A DNA stretch of 64,000 bases from a bacterium (GCA_038109055.1 JAYNIM010000006.1:13334-77333); one strand, 5' to 3'; counted from the first letter of the stretch, positions 11,101 to 23,243 are shown. The notes: generated from the sequence alone by a model not told the origin. Made by a program: numbers and translations.

Positions 11101-11283
11101 ATCAGAAACATAAAATTTAAAAAAAGACTGAGTCAGAGGATCCAACAAATAAATCGTAATAGAAGCAGACGTAAAATAATCATGCAAACCAAGATACAAT
11201 TTCTTCAAAATATCATCTCTACACTGCATATTTTTATTAGATGTAGACGAGAACAACGGTAAAAACTCAGGGGAAGATTCCAT
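8128..11283 (-). CDS. GAF-PAS-GAF-SpoIIE(PP2C) phosphatase fused to a C-terminal RsbW-like Ser kinase
   Basis: PP2C motifs GGDYYD, ADIVGKG, NAGH, TDG, QDDLT; HATPase motifs LAVNEAQANIIEHAY, DFG, GSGLGLYLI; PAS ending VLVFRDIT. Confidence 0.88.
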   Translation of the reverse strand: MESSPEFLPLFSSTSNKNMQCRDDILKKLYLGLHDYFTSASITIYLLDPLTQSFFKFYVSDDDFFLSESEQQWALNFSKQFLSQHDFVPFFDYYISNRLESPFLDTMKFSLDKQTFSYDCLDALFLFLFSEQGSLNGFVFIHDWENKRSLSLGKKSLLSQDVKDFVLDMVAALDTFFVHQKITNLLVEPEDFHSQFTRKDSVLESRILELTVLNDTSNALGYALTVESMVKLIFSAMNKLLNVEVASIFLYGLEAEAKFFFRDNCLIDSSLRKSIEDEMIMALSPFLFSIEFNSDIPSDVYRFYAQNIKFDPLKKVNSSVNVPLIFKEKVLGILYIGSSRIKAFSKKDSHFLHTLSNQFSINLERLKIVKTLERSRMATLIRSMDDAVIVLGQFHQLELMNPVARKIFSFDSENVDRRILVDCFKSLGIWTLYQQVLEDKKPLLNQKIELENFYFSVNINPVFSEEGQIEGTVLVFRDITDMLLMDKIKTQRLEVISKVNLIIKSITDLDNLLIVLIEFILNVSRAEMGSILLKEGDQYVCKIHSNFPEKIRKMYRYIDGEAISDAVIRSKKLSFVDDYLHSDQVSSSIKILLDWYLCIPIVVHNNLIGVINLAKKCEGGQLSLTQEDINTLTTITNLSGTAIHNAMLFEQNLANQKLEQELKIANEIQSKLLPLELPVLPNISLAALSVPAREIGGDYYDFFKLESGDVGIVLADIVGKGIPAGLFMAMLKSILKTHLPYFNSPKKALEKINAVLLKEHIIDKFVPLFYGILNLDTMKFTYSNAGHEPVILLSKGQFQQLDTLGLPLAAVLNSEYEEKTITLLDRDLLVFLTDGFVEVKHFDKGVFGLERLKQSILEFSSMDMDAFVQKLYQRVQNFSGSGSQQDDLTLIALNVDFQLGVPELRVAVDVKKVSVKSHKRYISYIRNIVEQFAKKMGFLESDIYNLKLAVNEAQANIIEHAYFEKEDGDIIFVFSAYVDCLKISIRDFGVQMDKKNIEHRLGDLNELEGSGLGLYLIKSFVDKLHYITHTQGTELCLVKYLNKGVSHGNYH

Positions 11284-11289
11284 AAAAGA

Positions 11290-11643
11290 CTATGCCAAAG
11301 ATAGTTGTTCGAGCAAGACTGAAACAGAAAAAGGTTTAAATAAAAACCCATGAAATTCAGCAGGAAGATCATAATTAAATCGTTGAAAATCAGAAATCAC
11401 GCAAGATAGAAAAAAAGTAGCTTGGGGAAAAAGACGAAAAAACGGAACTTCCTCTAAAGAAAAATACAGCAGAAGATCAAAAATGAATATTTGTGAACCA
11501 TGTAAAAGATTTTGTGAAATCGCAAGACTCAAATCATCAAAATTCTGAAAAAAAAAAGTCGACATACCTTGCTGCTCAAACGTATATTTAAGTAAGGGTG
11601 AGATACCTATATCGAGGTCAACAAAGACAATTTGCTTATCCAA
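11290..11643 (-). CDS. Divergent single-domain response-regulator receiver
   Basis: IVFVDLD, FIFDL, FLFKPFS pattern; TTG start. Confidence 0.6.
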   Translation of the reverse strand: MDKQIVFVDLDIGISPLLKYTFEQQGMSTFFFQNFDDLSLAISQNLLHGSQIFIFDLLLYFSLEEVPFFRLFPQATFFLSCVISDFQRFNYDLPAEFHGFLFKPFSVSVLLEQLSLA

Positions 11644-11646
11644 GAG

Positions 11647-12021
11647 TTAATGCGTGCTATGATACCTGTCAGCATCATCAATGAGCTTAACTGGAGACTT
11701 AATCCCAAACTTACCCTTTTCTTTAACTTCTGTAGCACCTCTAAAGCCGACGTCAGCAAACACAAAAAGAAAAAACAATGCAATAGCTAATAAAGATGAT
11801 AAGAAAAAAGCGGCAATAAAGCCTCTATCCCAATGGAGCCCCATAAAAAAACCTATTACCAAAGAGGCTTTAATACAAGCAACAAAAAGAGCAACTGCGA
11901 TATTAAAAGGACCAAAGTCAAATTGTGCTACAACCACTGTCAATACAGTCAGAAATATTAAGGCCAAAAAGGTCGATAAATAAGTAGAAACAGGAACTAT
12001 AAAATGATCATTATTACTCAT
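11647..12021 (-). CDS. Cytochrome c oxidase subunit IV (caa3-type)
   Basis: LIFLTVLTV, KASLVIGFFMGL; operon position. Confidence 0.85.
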   Translation of the reverse strand: MSNNDHFIVPVSTYLSTFLALIFLTVLTVVVAQFDFGPFNIAVALFVACIKASLVIGFFMGLHWDRGFIAAFFLSSLLAIALFFLFVFADVGFRGATEVKEKGKFGIKSPVKLIDDADRYHSTH

Positions 12022-12025
12022 ACTA

Positions 12026-12676
12026 TCATCCTATTAAATATAATAGAGGAAATAAAAATATCCAAATCAGATCCACTAAATGCCAATACAATCCTACCAT
12101 TTCAACAGGTGTAAAATAGCCTGTAGAAAACTCATTTCTATAAGCTCGGATCATTAACCAAAATAATAGCCCCATTCCAACCAATACATGAATACCGTGT
12201 AAACCAGTCATAAAAAAATAACAACCAAAAAAAATAGGTAACGTCTCGTTGACACCTGGGGCATTAAACCAAATAGAAGGGACTAACCCATGATGAATCT
12301 TAGCTGAATATTCAATTCCTTTAACAACCATAAAACCAAGAGCAAACATAAACGTAGCAGTTAGATGCCAAAAACATTCTCTAGATTTACGCAACTGAGC
12401 TGCCCTTACTCCCATAACCATGGTAAAACTACTCGTAATCAAGAGAACTGTATTTAAAGCACCTAATTTCCAAGACAAATGATGATGTGCTTCAATAAAC
12501 ATCTCTGGATAAAAATATCTAAAGACCGCATACATAACAAAAACGCCACTAAAAAAAAGTAATTCCTGAGCCAAAAAGAACCACATACCAAGTTTACATG
12601 TTTCAAATTCATGCGAAGCACTTGCAAAATGATGTGCAAAATGGTGCTTATTAGTTACAACGTTTGCCTGACTCAT
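12026..12676 (-). CDS. ctaE: Cytochrome c oxidase subunit III
   Basis: [25 protein letters not shown]; start placed at MSQANV after GGAG. Confidence 0.93.
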   Translation of the reverse strand: MSQANVVTNKHHFAHHFASASHEFETCKLGMWFFLAQELLFFSGVFVMYAVFRYFYPEMFIEAHHHLSWKLGALNTVLLITSSFTMVMGVRAAQLRKSRECFWHLTATFMFALGFMVVKGIEYSAKIHHGLVPSIWFNAPGVNETLPIFFGCYFFMTGLHGIHVLVGMGLLFWLMIRAYRNEFSTGYFTPVEMVGLYWHLVDLIWIFLFPLLYLIG

Positions 12677-14270
12677 CAATCTCCACCTTTTCATAATCAT
12701 ATGGATCATTATCAACTACTGGATCTTTAAGAAAATTTTCTAAAGGCGGCGGGGAGGTTGTTTGCCACTCTAGAGTAATGCCACCCCAAGGATTAGCAGG
12801 CGATCTACGTCCAAATCTCAATGAATGTATCAAATATACCAACATAATGATAAAGCCAATCCCCAAGAACCAACTACCAATAGTCGATGCGACATGAAAA
12901 GGGTGATACTCTAAAAGATAACTGTAATAACGTCTCGGCATCCCTTTAGCTCCCATAATAAATTGAGGAAAGAACGTTATATTGAAACCCAAGAATATCA
13001 AAACAGCAGAAATTCGCGCCCAAAACTCATTATACATACGACCAAACATCTTCGGCCACCAATAATGTAAGCCTCCCAAAAACGCTATAACTGTACCTCC
13101 CATCATCACATAATGAAAGTGCGAAACAACGAAATAAGTATCATGCAAATGGACATCTAACGAGAGCGTACCCAAAACAACGCCTGTAAACCCTCCAATT
13201 GAAAAAAGAAAAATAAAAGAAAGAAAATACAAAAAAGGAACCTTCAATGAAATACTTCCTTGATACATCGTCGTGATCCAATTAAAAACCTTGATAGCTG
13301 ATGGAATAGCCACTAAAAAAGTAAGCAATGAGAAGAGCATCGAAACAAATTCAGACTGACCCGACACAAACATATGATGCCCCCATACTAAAAAAGAAAT
13401 AACCGCAATAGAAATACTGGAGTATGCTATAAAAGTATATCCAAAAATATTTCGTTTACAAAAAGTCGTCACCAATTCACTCATAATTGCCATTGCCGGC
13501 AGAATCATAATATACACAGCAGGGTGACTGTAGAACCAGAAAAAATGTTGAAACAAAACAGGATCTCCGCCTAAAGAAGGATCAAAAATACCTATTCCAA
13601 TAACCCTCTCCGCAACCAATAACAATAATGTCAATGCCAATACGGGCGTTGCTAAAACTTGAATAACAGCAGTTGCATATATACCCCAAGAAAACAAAGG
13701 CATTCTAAACCAAGTCATACCAGGAGCACGTAATTTATGCACAGTAGCCATAAAATTCACACCCGTCAAAATTGATGAAAAGCCTAAAATAAACGCAGAT
13801 AACGTCATTAAAATCACTGAGGTATCTGTCGTCGAAGAATATGGTGTATAAAACGTCCAACCAGTATCAACAGCACCATTAACCATCGAAAAAATAGAAA
13901 ATAAAGCCCCAAAAATATAAATATACCAACTCAACAAATTCAATTTAGGAAAAGCAACATCTTTAGCACCAAGCTGGATAGGCAAGAAAAAGTTACCCAA
14001 AGAAGCAGGAATCGAAGGAATTATAAAAAGAAAAACCATCACAGCGCCATGCAATGTAAAAACCTGGTTATATTGTTTAGCAGTCAAAAAAAATTGGGCG
14101 GGAGATAATAATTCCAATCGCAACAACAACGCAAAAAAACCACCTAGTCCAAAAGCTACCATTATAGAAAATAAATACATGATACCAATCCGCTTATGAT
14201 CAAGGGTAAAAAGCCAGGATTTCCACCCCTTAGATGACTCAAAAAAACTATTGGAAACTGTATCTGACAT
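12651..14270 (-). CDS. ctaD: Cytochrome c oxidase subunit I, A2-type heme-copper oxygen reductase
   Basis: [16 protein letters not shown] (YS marks A2), WGHH, HFHY, GMPRRY. Confidence 0.97.
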   Translation of the reverse strand: MSDTVSNSFFESSKGWKSWLFTLDHKRIGIMYLFSIMVAFGLGGFFALLLRLELLSPAQFFLTAKQYNQVFTLHGAVMVFLFIIPSIPASLGNFFLPIQLGAKDVAFPKLNLLSWYIYIFGALFSIFSMVNGAVDTGWTFYTPYSSTTDTSVILMTLSAFILGFSSILTGVNFMATVHKLRAPGMTWFRMPLFSWGIYATAVIQVLATPVLALTLLLLVAERVIGIGIFDPSLGGDPVLFQHFFWFYSHPAVYIMILPAMAIMSELVTTFCKRNIFGYTFIAYSSISIAVISFLVWGHHMFVSGQSEFVSMLFSLLTFLVAIPSAIKVFNWITTMYQGSISLKVPFLYFLSFIFLFSIGGFTGVVLGTLSLDVHLHDTYFVVSHFHYVMMGGTVIAFLGGLHYWWPKMFGRMYNEFWARISAVLIFLGFNITFFPQFIMGAKGMPRRYYSYLLEYHPFHVASTIGSWFLGIGFIIMLVYLIHSLRFGRRSPANPWGGITLEWQTTSPPPLENFLKDPVVDNDPYDYEKVEIDESGKRCN

Positions 14271-14275
14271 AAATG

Positions 14276-15244
14276 TTAATCCTTAAGTGTTTTAATGTAC
14301 TCAATTATAGCGGCGATCTGACGATCATTCAATAAACCAGAGTAAGATGGCATCACCGCAGGGTATCCCTCTACTATCTCAGCATGGGGTTCAACAATAG
14401 AACGATGCAAATAATTATCATCCGCCTCAACATCCCTACCATCCGTCATTTTACGCACTTTACCATATAATCCCTTCCACGTCGGACCAACTACTCTAGA
14501 ACCATCAATAGAATGACAAGTATTGCAGGCATTTTTCGTATATAACTTAGCACCGAGTTCAGACAAAGGCATATCATTATCAGAAGAACTAGATACTAAA
14601 AACTCTTCATATTCCTCCTGGCTCACGACTCTTAATATAGCCTCCATCTTTGAATGCCCATCACCACAATATTCCGTACAAAAAATTTGAAAGACACCCG
14701 TACGATTAGGCTCAATATATATACGTGAATAATGATTAGGAACAGCGTCCTTCTTAGTTCGAAAATTAGGCAAATAAAAACTGTGTAGCACATCATCTGA
14801 AGTCATAATAAATTTAACAGGCTTATTGACTGGCACAACAATCTCACCAACGCTTTTAACACCCTCTTTTGGGTATTCAAATGCCCAAAACCACTTTTTC
14901 CCAACAACTCTAATCTCAGTTGCATTAGCAGGTGGTATAACCAAATTTAAATAATCTTTAAAGCCCCAATAGAAAACAAACATTAACAATACCAAAGGGA
15001 TGATCGTCCAACTTAATTCCAGCGGTAAATTATGAATCAACTGGCCAGTTGCTTTTAAGTTATGTTGTCCCCTTCGATATTTAAAGGCGAAATAAAGTGT
15101 GGTAGCAACGATAGCAACAAAAAGAAAAACAGAAGACCATAAAATAACATAAAATAAGATATCGGTTGTGGCAGCAACATCTGATGCTGCTTCAGGATAC
15201 CAAAATGAGCCTTTTTGAACTAATGATTCTGTTTTTTGTTCCAC
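14276..15244 (-). CDS. ctaC: Cytochrome c oxidase subunit II with fused cytochrome c (caa3)
   Basis: CuA ligands DVLHSF and [13 protein letters not shown]-terminal CNTCH heme c; GTG start. Confidence 0.95.
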   Translation of the reverse strand: MEQKTESLVQKGSFWYPEAASDVAATTDILFYVILWSSVFLFVAIVATTLYFAFKYRRGQHNLKATGQLIHNLPLELSWTIIPLVLLMFVFYWGFKDYLNLVIPPANATEIRVVGKKWFWAFEYPKEGVKSVGEIVVPVNKPVKFIMTSDDVLHSFYLPNFRTKKDAVPNHYSRIYIEPNRTGVFQIFCTEYCGDGHSKMEAILRVVSQEEYEEFLVSSSSDNDMPLSELGAKLYTKNACNTCHSIDGSRVVGPTWKGLYGKVRKMTDGRDVEADDNYLHRSIVEPHAEIVEGYPAVMPSYSGLLNDRQIAAIIEYIKTLKD

Positions 15245-15293
15245 TTAATCTACACCTAATAAAAAATTATTAAAGAAATTATATCATAAACAT

Positions 15294-16090
15294 TCACTTA
15301 TTTAAACGTCCTTTATTAAATAAAAACATCATCAAAATGATAATAAAAATAATCAATACTCCCCCTACTTGCATAATTCGCTTAGCCATAATGACATAGA
15401 CACGTGACTGGGGGTCATAGTTATAACAAAACAATAACAAACGATCCATACTACTAATATATTTTTCATCACTAGCCTCTAATATCGCTAATTTAAAATC
15501 CAACTTCTGAAATGAAATGCCGTACAAATAACGTGAAATTTTACCTTTAGGACTCAAGATAAAAATGACAGCAGAGTGTGCAAATTCCTTTGAATTTGCA
15601 TTATAACGAAAAGAAAATCCAAGAGCATCACTTAAACGATCAATAGCAGGTAAATCAGCTCGAAGAAAATGCCAATCCGTTTCTTCATCCTTGACATCAG
15701 AAGACAATTTAGACACATATTGATCTCGAAATCCAATAGCCGCTGAAAGACGTTCATCCGGATTAATACTTAACATTAAAACACGATAATCTAAGCCCAA
15801 CTTCAAAGAAGCATCATTAATCGCAGCAGAAACACCTTGCGCAACAAAATGACACAACATGGGACAGGTATAATAGCCAAAAAACAAAACAATTGGCTTA
15901 CCCTGATTAAAAAAACGACTTATAGGAATAATGTCTTCATTAATATCTTTCACCTCAACATCCAATGGAAGCTGACGACCTATATTCTCGGTGACATAAA
16001 CCTCTCTAAGAGTCAAAGGTACAAACGTTTTAGCAGAAAGTGAAAATGCAAAAAAAACTAAAAGAAAAAAAAAATTCTATTGATAATCAT
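15294..16090 (-). CDS. SCO1/SenC copper chaperone, with a frameshift in a poly-T tract of the signal-peptide region
   Basis: YYTCPMLC, FAHS, RYLYG, LLFCYNYDP. The ORF track starts at TTG 16016, but ATG 16090 gives a complete signal peptide if T10 at 16065-16074 is read as T11 or T8. Confidence 0.85.
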
Positions 16091-16388
16091 CAATAACCTG
16101 CAGAACTGCTTCCCGAATGGGAATCTGAACAATACCTTTTGCTTGATCCACCCAAGAATAGCTAGATAAACGACTCTCTTCATAAAGTTCAAGAGATTGT
16201 CGCTCATCAACCTTGGGAGTTAATTGCTTTTGATTCAAAATTTCTGTTGTCATTCCTTTAAAAAAGAAAATACTCCATAGAACAATGACAACCATAAATA
16301 TAAGCATCACTGCCAAAAGCAGCGTAATTTTTACGTTATCTGGATTACTTTCATCAACACCTATATGACCTGTATCACTCATAAACAA
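16077..16388 (-). CDS. actG: Single-TM ACIII subunit, ActG-like
   Basis: One TM helix, RLSSYSWVDQAKGIVQIPIREA; lies between actF and SCO. Confidence 0.65.
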   Translation of the reverse strand: MFMSDTGHIGVDESNPDNVKITLLLAVMLIFMVVIVLWSIFFFKGMTTEILNQKQLTPKVDERQSLELYEESRLSSYSWVDQAKGIVQIPIREAVLQVIDDYQ

Positions 16389-16392
16389 CCTC

Positions 16393-17592
16393 TTAATAAT
16401 TTTTAAATGCTAAAGATTCCTGTATACGTGGGTCTTTGACTGGAATCAAACTTGAATACGTTAATCGTTTAAAAAAAACAGAAAAATAAATACCTCCAAA
16501 ACCTAATAACAAAACTATATCAAACAAAGAATAGTTAATACCATCAGGAAACATACCGGGCATAATAATCCAATACATATCCACATAATGCATAAAAACT
16601 AACCAACATGCCATCAAACAATGTGTAAACAAGTTACGCTTAACATGTCGACTCATAAATCCCAAAAAAGGAATCCCAAAATGGCCCACACACAATAGAA
16701 TCATCACATAACGCCAAGTACCTTCAAAATGCTGCTTATAAAACAACGTTTCTTCAGGTATATTAGAATACCAAATTAGAAAAAACTGACAAAAAGCAAT
16801 ATAACTCCAGAAAATCATAAACCCATACGATAACTTACCTAAATCATGATAATGCTCAATAGTTACCAGATCCCTAAGGTAACCATTACGTCTCAATATC
16901 ATTAAAATCAAAGTGATGACAGTCAAGGCGACCATAGTAGATCCCGCAAAAAAATAGACCCCAAAAATAGTTGAATACCAATGAGGAGTCAGCGACATCA
17001 CCCAATCAATAAAAGCGAAGGACTGCGTGATAGCATATAATAAGAGTCCATAGGTTGCAGTTTTCTGCATTAACAAGGTCAAAGAAGAATCACCATTTTG
17101 ATCCTGCTTAATTGAAGTCTGATAAAAACGTTTCGCCAAAAAAAACCAAATCAGGAAAAAAACCAAGGCCCTGATAATAAAAAAGGGAACATTTAAATAG
17201 GGAAATTTAACCTGCAATAAATGATCATGTGCAACAGCATCTGCGTGAGACCAGTGATACAAATCGTGAATACCAAAAAGGAGGGGAAGAAAAAGCAGGA
17301 ACATTAAACCAATATTATTCATTAAACACTCTGCAATACGTCTAACAACAATCCCCCACCCTGCACGTGTAACATGAAGAATCATAACAAAAAACAAAGA
17401 GCCTAATGTTAAGGTCATAAAAAAGCTAAAAACCGTTAAATAAGAATAGAAAAAATGATGACGATCAACAAAAAAAAGAACAAAAGAAAGTAACAAGGAG
17501 ATCAACCCGATCTTCATACAGGCACCAGAAACCTTTGCAACAAAAGCTGTCTTAATATGAATATCTTCTTCTTTAAACGTTACTTCTTGCAT
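16393..17592 (-). CDS. actF: Alternative complex III subunit ActF
   Basis: Polytopic; DWVMSLTPHWYSTIFG, HDLGKL, QFFLIWYSNIPEE; start placed at MQEVTF. Confidence 0.9.
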   Translation of the reverse strand: MQEVTFKEEDIHIKTAFVAKVSGACMKIGLISLLLSFVLFFVDRHHFFYSYLTVFSFFMTLTLGSLFFVMILHVTRAGWGIVVRRIAECLMNNIGLMFLLFLPLLFGIHDLYHWSHADAVAHDHLLQVKFPYLNVPFFIIRALVFFLIWFFLAKRFYQTSIKQDQNGDSSLTLLMQKTATYGLLLYAITQSFAFIDWVMSLTPHWYSTIFGVYFFAGSTMVALTVITLILMILRRNGYLRDLVTIEHYHDLGKLSYGFMIFWSYIAFCQFFLIWYSNIPEETLFYKQHFEGTWRYVMILLCVGHFGIPFLGFMSRHVKRNLFTHCLMACWLVFMHYVDMYWIIMPGMFPDGINYSLFDIVLLLGFGGIYFSVFFKRLTYSSLIPVKDPRIQESLAFKNY

Positions 17593-17600
17593 AACACCAC

Positions 17601-18227
17601 CTATTTTAACTGATTTCTGTGTTTCATAGGAACACGTTGATAAGACCCATAACTTGCCTTCTGTAGGGCTCTTACATAAGAAACAACAGCCCATCTGTCT
17701 TCAACATTAAGAGCATAAGAATAACCGGGCATAGAACGTATCCCATGTGTAACGATTGAATATAACTCCCCATCCTTCTTAATTCGAGTAGAATATTCAG
17801 TAATATTCGGAATAACCCATCCGCGTTTTGAAATTAAACTTTTTGAACCATCCCCTGTCTTAGTATGACAAACAGCACAATAAATATTGAATTGTTGTTG
17901 ACCTTTCAAAAGTAACTTCTGATTAACTGGAATAGGTATTTTGGATACCCACAAACCAGAAGACGTTTTTCCTCGATATAAGATAGAATCTTCAGCTAAT
18001 AAATCCTTACGTTCTTCTGTAAAAAAAAGACTACGCTCTGTACCCCAAGGCACAACTCCCTCAGGGGATTTATAGGCTAATTTCTGGGCTTTAAACTTGG
18101 CTTGCCAATCCAAATTTGGGTTCACATGTAAGGCAGGTTTTTCACTTCGCCACGCACGGCAACCTGTCATACTAATAAAAATAAAAAGAAGCAAACTAAT
18201 TCGACAAACAAACCTAATCATTAGCAT
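17601..18227 (-). CDS. actE: ACIII monoheme cytochrome c lipoprotein ActE
   Basis: Lipobox MTGC, CAVCH, GIRSMPGY, DRWAVVSYVRALQ. Confidence 0.9.
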   Translation of the reverse strand: MLMIRFVCRISLLLFIFISMTGCRAWRSEKPALHVNPNLDWQAKFKAQKLAYKSPEGVVPWGTERSLFFTEERKDLLAEDSILYRGKTSSGLWVSKIPIPVNQKLLLKGQQQFNIYCAVCHTKTGDGSKSLISKRGWVIPNITEYSTRIKKDGELYSIVTHGIRSMPGYSYALNVEDRWAVVSYVRALQKASYGSYQRVPMKHRNQLK

Positions 18228-18774
18228 CCCCTATCACATCGATCTCTTTTGGATCCAAACCTTGTAAAAATGTTTTAACCTCATCTAATTGAAACTTTGC
18301 ATCGACGGCTTCAACTACCAATACAAAACTATGCGAATTTACATGTTCCATCAATTTACTTTCAAAAACAGGATGATGGTATTTAGGCAATCCATTTAAT
18401 ATAAACATCCCAAAAACAGCAGCAAACGCTGAAAACAAGACCATAAGTTCAAAAGTAACAGGAACAAATGCAGGGTAACTAAAAAAAGGCTTTCCACTAA
18501 TAATATAAGGATATGCAATAGCCTGAGCCCATGATTGAAAAGAAAATCCACCAATTAATCCTATAGATCCACCCAAAAAAGTAATCCATCCCATGATAGA
18601 AGGCTTCAATTTCATCGCATCATCCATACCATGTATAGGGAAAGGACTATAGGTTTCAAAAGAGACATACCCTTCTTCACGTACTTTTTTAGCTGCCTGC
18701 AATAAATCCGTTGCAGTATCAAATTCTGCCACAACGCCATACAGCTTCGAACTCAGATGTCTAGTTTTTGACAT
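18214..18774 (-). CDS. actD: ACIII subunit ActD (DUF3341)
   Basis: [24 protein letters not shown]; start placed at MSKTRH. Confidence 0.9.
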   Translation of the reverse strand: MSKTRHLSSKLYGVVAEFDTATDLLQAAKKVREEGYVSFETYSPFPIHGMDDAMKLKPSIMGWITFLGGSIGLIGGFSFQSWAQAIAYPYIISGKPFFSYPAFVPVTFELMVLFSAFAAVFGMFILNGLPKYHHPVFESKLMEHVNSHSFVLVVEAVDAKFQLDEVKTFLQGLDPKEIDVIGDAND

Positions 18775-20155
18775 GACCTTCTCCATCGTGTGCGTGCGGA
18801 TTTGCCTGTGGCATAACACCTTTAATTTCAAATACAGCGATCATCGGTAAAAACTTTAAAAACAATAAAAACAAGGTAAAAAACAAACCAAAACTACCAA
18901 TAAAGGTACAAACATCAACAAAAGTAGGCTTATAATACCCCCAACTTGAGGGCATAAAATCTCTATGCAAAGACGTTACAGTAATCACGAATCGCTCAAA
19001 CCACATACCTATATTAACAAATATGGATATAACAAACATAAAGGGAATGCTACGTCGTAATTTCTTAAACCAGAAAAACTGCGGTGATAAGACATTACAA
19101 GACACCATAATCCAATATGCCCAATAATATGGACCAAAAGCACGATTCACAAAAGCGAAGGCCTCGTACTCATTGCCAGAATACCAGGCCATAAAAAATT
19201 CCATTGCATACGCATAACCAACCATCATTCCAGTTGCCAAAATAATTTTATTCATACATTCAAGGTGATGCAAGGTCATAATATGTTTCAACCCAAATAG
19301 CTCACGCGCAATAACCATTAAAGTAACAACCATAGCAAAACCTGAAAAGATAGCACCAGCAACAAAATAAGGGGGGAAAATAGTCGTATGCCATCCAGGT
19401 AACTGTGAAACAGCAAAGTCAAAACTGACAATACTATGAACAGACAACACTAAGGGGGTAGCAAGTGCTGCTAGCAACAAATAAGACCTTTCATAATGTT
19501 GCCAATGTCTATTAGCACCCCTCCATCCCAAAGCAAATATACCATATAAAACTTTTCTGATTTTAGTAGTGGAACGATCACGTAACATCGCTAAATCAGG
19601 AACCAAGCCCACAAACCAAAATAATAATGAAACAGTAAAATAAGTAGAAACAGCAAAAACATCCCATAACAAAGGACTCTTAAAATTAGGCCAAAGCCAC
19701 ATAGAATTAGGAATAGGAAATAAATAATAGGCAACCCAAACTCTACCAATATGTATACCAGGAAATAAGCCAGCACAAATAACAGCAAAAATAGTCATAG
19801 CTTCAGCAAAACGATTAATACTCGTACGCCACTTTTGACGAAACAAAAACAAAATAGCAGAAATTAAGGTACCCGCATGACCAATACCAACCCAAAAAAC
19901 AAAATTAACAATTGCAAATCCCCAGCCCACAGGATTATTAAGTCCCCAAACTCCCACACCTTCCCAAACTAAATAACCAACCATCGATAATAAAAGTGTC
20001 AAAATAGAGATAGAACCAACGATCGAAATAAGCCACCATGTTGGAGGTTTCACCTCCACAGGTTGAGAAATAACATCAGAAACGGTCTTTAAATCAGGTC
20101 CACCCTCTACTAAAGGATGCCTCTGTAAATCATAATTAACGCTTGTGTCACCCAT
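18761..20155 (-). CDS. actC: ACIII quinol-oxidising subunit ActC (NrfD/PsrC family)
   Basis: [43 protein letters not shown]. Confidence 0.95.
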   Translation of the reverse strand: MGDTSVNYDLQRHPLVEGGPDLKTVSDVISQPVEVKPPTWWLISIVGSISILTLLLSMVGYLVWEGVGVWGLNNPVGWGFAIVNFVFWVGIGHAGTLISAILFLFRQKWRTSINRFAEAMTIFAVICAGLFPGIHIGRVWVAYYLFPIPNSMWLWPNFKSPLLWDVFAVSTYFTVSLLFWFVGLVPDLAMLRDRSTTKIRKVLYGIFALGWRGANRHWQHYERSYLLLAALATPLVLSVHSIVSFDFAVSQLPGWHTTIFPPYFVAGAIFSGFAMVVTLMVIARELFGLKHIMTLHHLECMNKIILATGMMVGYAYAMEFFMAWYSGNEYEAFAFVNRAFGPYYWAYWIMVSCNVLSPQFFWFKKLRRSIPFMFVISIFVNIGMWFERFVITVTSLHRDFMPSSWGYYKPTFVDVCTFIGSFGLFFTLFLLFLKFLPMIAVFEIKGVMPQANPHAHDGEGHVKN

Positions 20156-23100
20156 GAGCTGCTGATTCCTTTTTATGTGCTAAATGAGAATTAGGGTTAG
20201 TAATAGAAGCAGAATACGACACCCTAGCCTTTAAATGAAGTTCATTCAAAATATGATAATCACGATGAAGATCCTTTTTCTTAAAAACCTCACTATTTTT
20301 ATCTAAAATATTCCCAAAAGATATGGCTTCTGCTGGACAAGCTTGCTGACAAGCTGTCTGAACTTCTCCATCCAAGATATCTCTTTGGTCGTTTCCTGCA
20401 TCTGACTTGCCCTTCATGATACGTTGGATACAAAATGAACATTTTTCCATAACACCACGCATACGGACGGTCACATTAGGATTAAATTGTAACTGAATAG
20501 TTGGATCAGGCTCTTTCAAATAATCAAAAAAGTGAACACGATCTTTAGACTGAGCTTGAGGATTACGCTGATGATAGTCAAAATAATTAAAACGCCGAAC
20601 CTTAGCAGGACAATTATCTGCACAATACCGTGTTCCTACACAACGATTATAAACCATGTCGTTGGTCCCTTCTTCACCATGTACAGTAGCAGCAACAGGA
20701 CAAACTTGTTCACAAGGAGCTGTTTCACAATGCAAACAAGCTACAGGCTGATGAACTGCAGTAGCTGATTCTCCCTCTCCCTCAAAGTACCGATCTACAC
20801 GTATCCAATGCATTTCTCTACCGTTTAAGACTTCCTCTTTACCAACTATGGGAATATTGTTTTCAGCCTGACATGCAATCGTACAAACAGAACAACCTGT
20901 ACATCGAGCAAGATCAATCACCATTCCCCATTGGTTCCCATCTGTAAATTCTCGTTCTTTCCACAAAGACTGTAAATTCTCGACTTCAACCATTTCTTTA
21001 GCAAACTCAGGATGCTTAATATAATGACTTAAATTTGCCTGCCTATAAAAAGGTCGATCCTCCATACTGCCATGCTCCTGTGTAGAAGCAAAAGGGTAGA
21101 CGTCGCCAGTTTTAATCAAAGTTGCCTTTTCTGCAAAATAAAAATCATCCGTCCGAATCATAGGATAAACATCAAAACCCTTACGTTCTCCAACACGTCC
21201 GGCCACACGTCGCCCATACCCCAAGGACAAAGTAATGGAATCGGAAACATGTCCTGGCAATACAAACACAGGGATATCAATATCACGATCCTTGACACGC
21301 AACGTCACAACATCTCCTGATTTCAAGGAAAATTTAGATGCAGTTTCTACCCCAATAAGAGCTGCATTATCCCAGGTCAACTTACTAATCGAATCTGGTA
21401 ATTCTTGTAACCACCCATTATTTGAAAAACGCCCATCATACAAAAAGGAGGATACAAAACCTATTTCCATATACTGATTTCGCTTAAATAATTTAACCTT
21501 CGACAGTGCTTTTAGACACCCTCGATCAGAAAAAGACACACCCCATTCATCCGAAGATGGAACTGAAAGAACCCCATTATGCAAGCAACTACGCCACTGT
21601 TTATTAGAAAACTGACGCCAAGTCGCCCTTAACAAGCGATATCCATCCGAATAACTCGAAACTAAGAGAGACATACATTCATTATCACTCAAACTATCGT
21701 ACAAAGGCCGGATCACAGGCTGCACAACAGAACTAGACCCATCACTAGCTTTCAAATCGCCCCAAGATTCAAGATAATGTGAACGCGGCACAACCCAATC
21801 ACAATGTGTAGAGGTATCATTTTCATGCAAAGTCACATGCACTTTATTTTTCACAAACTTCAATGCCCCCACAACATCCACATCTGAAGGCGCCTGATAC
21901 ACAGGATCGCCACCCAAGCAAAGAAAGGTATCGACAACACCTGTTTTTAGATGTGCGGCAAAGTTACGTATAGAAGTTACATTTGACTCCGTCACAAAAG
22001 AAAACTGCTGATAAGCATGTGAACGGTAACGATGTAAGGTCCGAGAAGACAACTGTTTATTAAGTAAATAAAGCAATGCATGGACTTGTTCGGGTTGACG
22101 TGGACCCGCAACAAACAAAACTTGCTTACGGTATTTCAAGATGTCTTCAACCAAAGCACGTAAAAAATCAATGTCCACTTCTTTCTCGTAGGAAAACGCC
22201 AAGCGGCGAACCTGCTTCACTAAAGTCGAAGGCAAGGTTACAACCCGTGCATCAAGCAACTTTGCAACAAGCACATACAAGAAGTATTCAACACGCAATC
22301 CTTTGATAGCTAATCGATGATCTGCTTTAGACCCCGTAACGGTCAACTGCGGCTCACACACATACATGCGACTTAATTTATTTTGAGTTTTTTCCGGATC
22401 TCTTCCATTAGCAAAACGCTTTGTGGCCAACAAAGACCCAGATTCCAAACCCAAAAAATCCGAATCTAAAGACACAATTAAACGCGCTTTATCATAAAAA
22501 TAATCAGGCTGATACCATCGTCCCGTAACCGAATAAATCCCACGCAAACGATTATCATTATTAATAGGCTCATAAGAAAAAACCTTTGCCTTAGGAAACT
22601 TAAGCTGAAAACGCTTCATTAATCGGTAAAAAGTAGGCGATGTTTGGGCTTCAGTTAAAATGCATAAGCCCTCTCCCTGTGTTGCAAAATGTTCAGTTGA
22701 AACACCCTTTAACCAAGCTGAGAAATCCTCCTTACTTCTATACTTACCTAAATATGAAACATTTTTTTGTCGATCTGGATCATAAAGATCCAACAAAGAA
22801 GATTGCTGAAAAATACCTGTAGCTCCCAAACTCTGAGAATGAGAAGGATTTCCTTCAATTTTAATGGGCCTACCTTCATAACTCTTCGCTAACACCCCCA
22901 CAACATCCTCTCCTAGGGCCATAGACGTTGCAAAATAAAGAGACTGATCTGCAACATCATACTCTGATCGTTTCGCATAGGGATAAATTGTTTGAACAGG
23001 TTTACGAAAATTAAATGAACAGCCAGAAGCACCCGCTAATGCAGCCGTAGCGCCCATCAATTTCAAAAAAGTACGCCTTGATACCGGAGCATCTAAAAAA

Positions 23101-23243
23101 GCAGCTCCCTCCTGAAATTCCCTCTCTTTAAATCGTCCAGAACTTTCATCATTAGATAAGTCAGATTGACTACGATAAAATCGTTTTTTAAGCATAGGCT
23201 TTTTTCTCTTTTCTTCCTCAGATAAATCTTCTAACGATGACAT
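20148..23243 (-). CDS. actB: ACIII subunit ActB (molybdopterin-oxidoreductase-like plus Fe-S domain)
   Basis: Tat signal [57 protein letters not shown]. Confidence 0.95.
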   Translation of the reverse strand: MSSLEDLSEEEKRKKPMLKKRFYRSQSDLSNDESSGRFKEREFQEGAAFLDAPVSRRTFLKLMGATAALAGASGCSFNFRKPVQTIYPYAKRSEYDVADQSLYFATSMALGEDVVGVLAKSYEGRPIKIEGNPSHSQSLGATGIFQQSSLLDLYDPDRQKNVSYLGKYRSKEDFSAWLKGVSTEHFATQGEGLCILTEAQTSPTFYRLMKRFQLKFPKAKVFSYEPINNDNRLRGIYSVTGRWYQPDYFYDKARLIVSLDSDFLGLESGSLLATKRFANGRDPEKTQNKLSRMYVCEPQLTVTGSKADHRLAIKGLRVEYFLYVLVAKLLDARVVTLPSTLVKQVRRLAFSYEKEVDIDFLRALVEDILKYRKQVLFVAGPRQPEQVHALLYLLNKQLSSRTLHRYRSHAYQQFSFVTESNVTSIRNFAAHLKTGVVDTFLCLGGDPVYQAPSDVDVVGALKFVKNKVHVTLHENDTSTHCDWVVPRSHYLESWGDLKASDGSSSVVQPVIRPLYDSLSDNECMSLLVSSYSDGYRLLRATWRQFSNKQWRSCLHNGVLSVPSSDEWGVSFSDRGCLKALSKVKLFKRNQYMEIGFVSSFLYDGRFSNNGWLQELPDSISKLTWDNAALIGVETASKFSLKSGDVVTLRVKDRDIDIPVFVLPGHVSDSITLSLGYGRRVAGRVGERKGFDVYPMIRTDDFYFAEKATLIKTGDVYPFASTQEHGSMEDRPFYRQANLSHYIKHPEFAKEMVEVENLQSLWKEREFTDGNQWGMVIDLARCTGCSVCTIACQAENNIPIVGKEEVLNGREMHWIRVDRYFEGEGESATAVHQPVACLHCETAPCEQVCPVAATVHGEEGTNDMVYNRCVGTRYCADNCPAKVRRFNYFDYHQRNPQAQSKDRVHFFDYLKEPDPTIQLQFNPNVTVRMRGVMEKCSFCIQRIMKGKSDAGNDQRDILDGEVQTACQQACPAEAISFGNILDKNSEVFKKKDLHRDYHILNELHLKARVSYSASITNPNSHLAHKKESAAHG

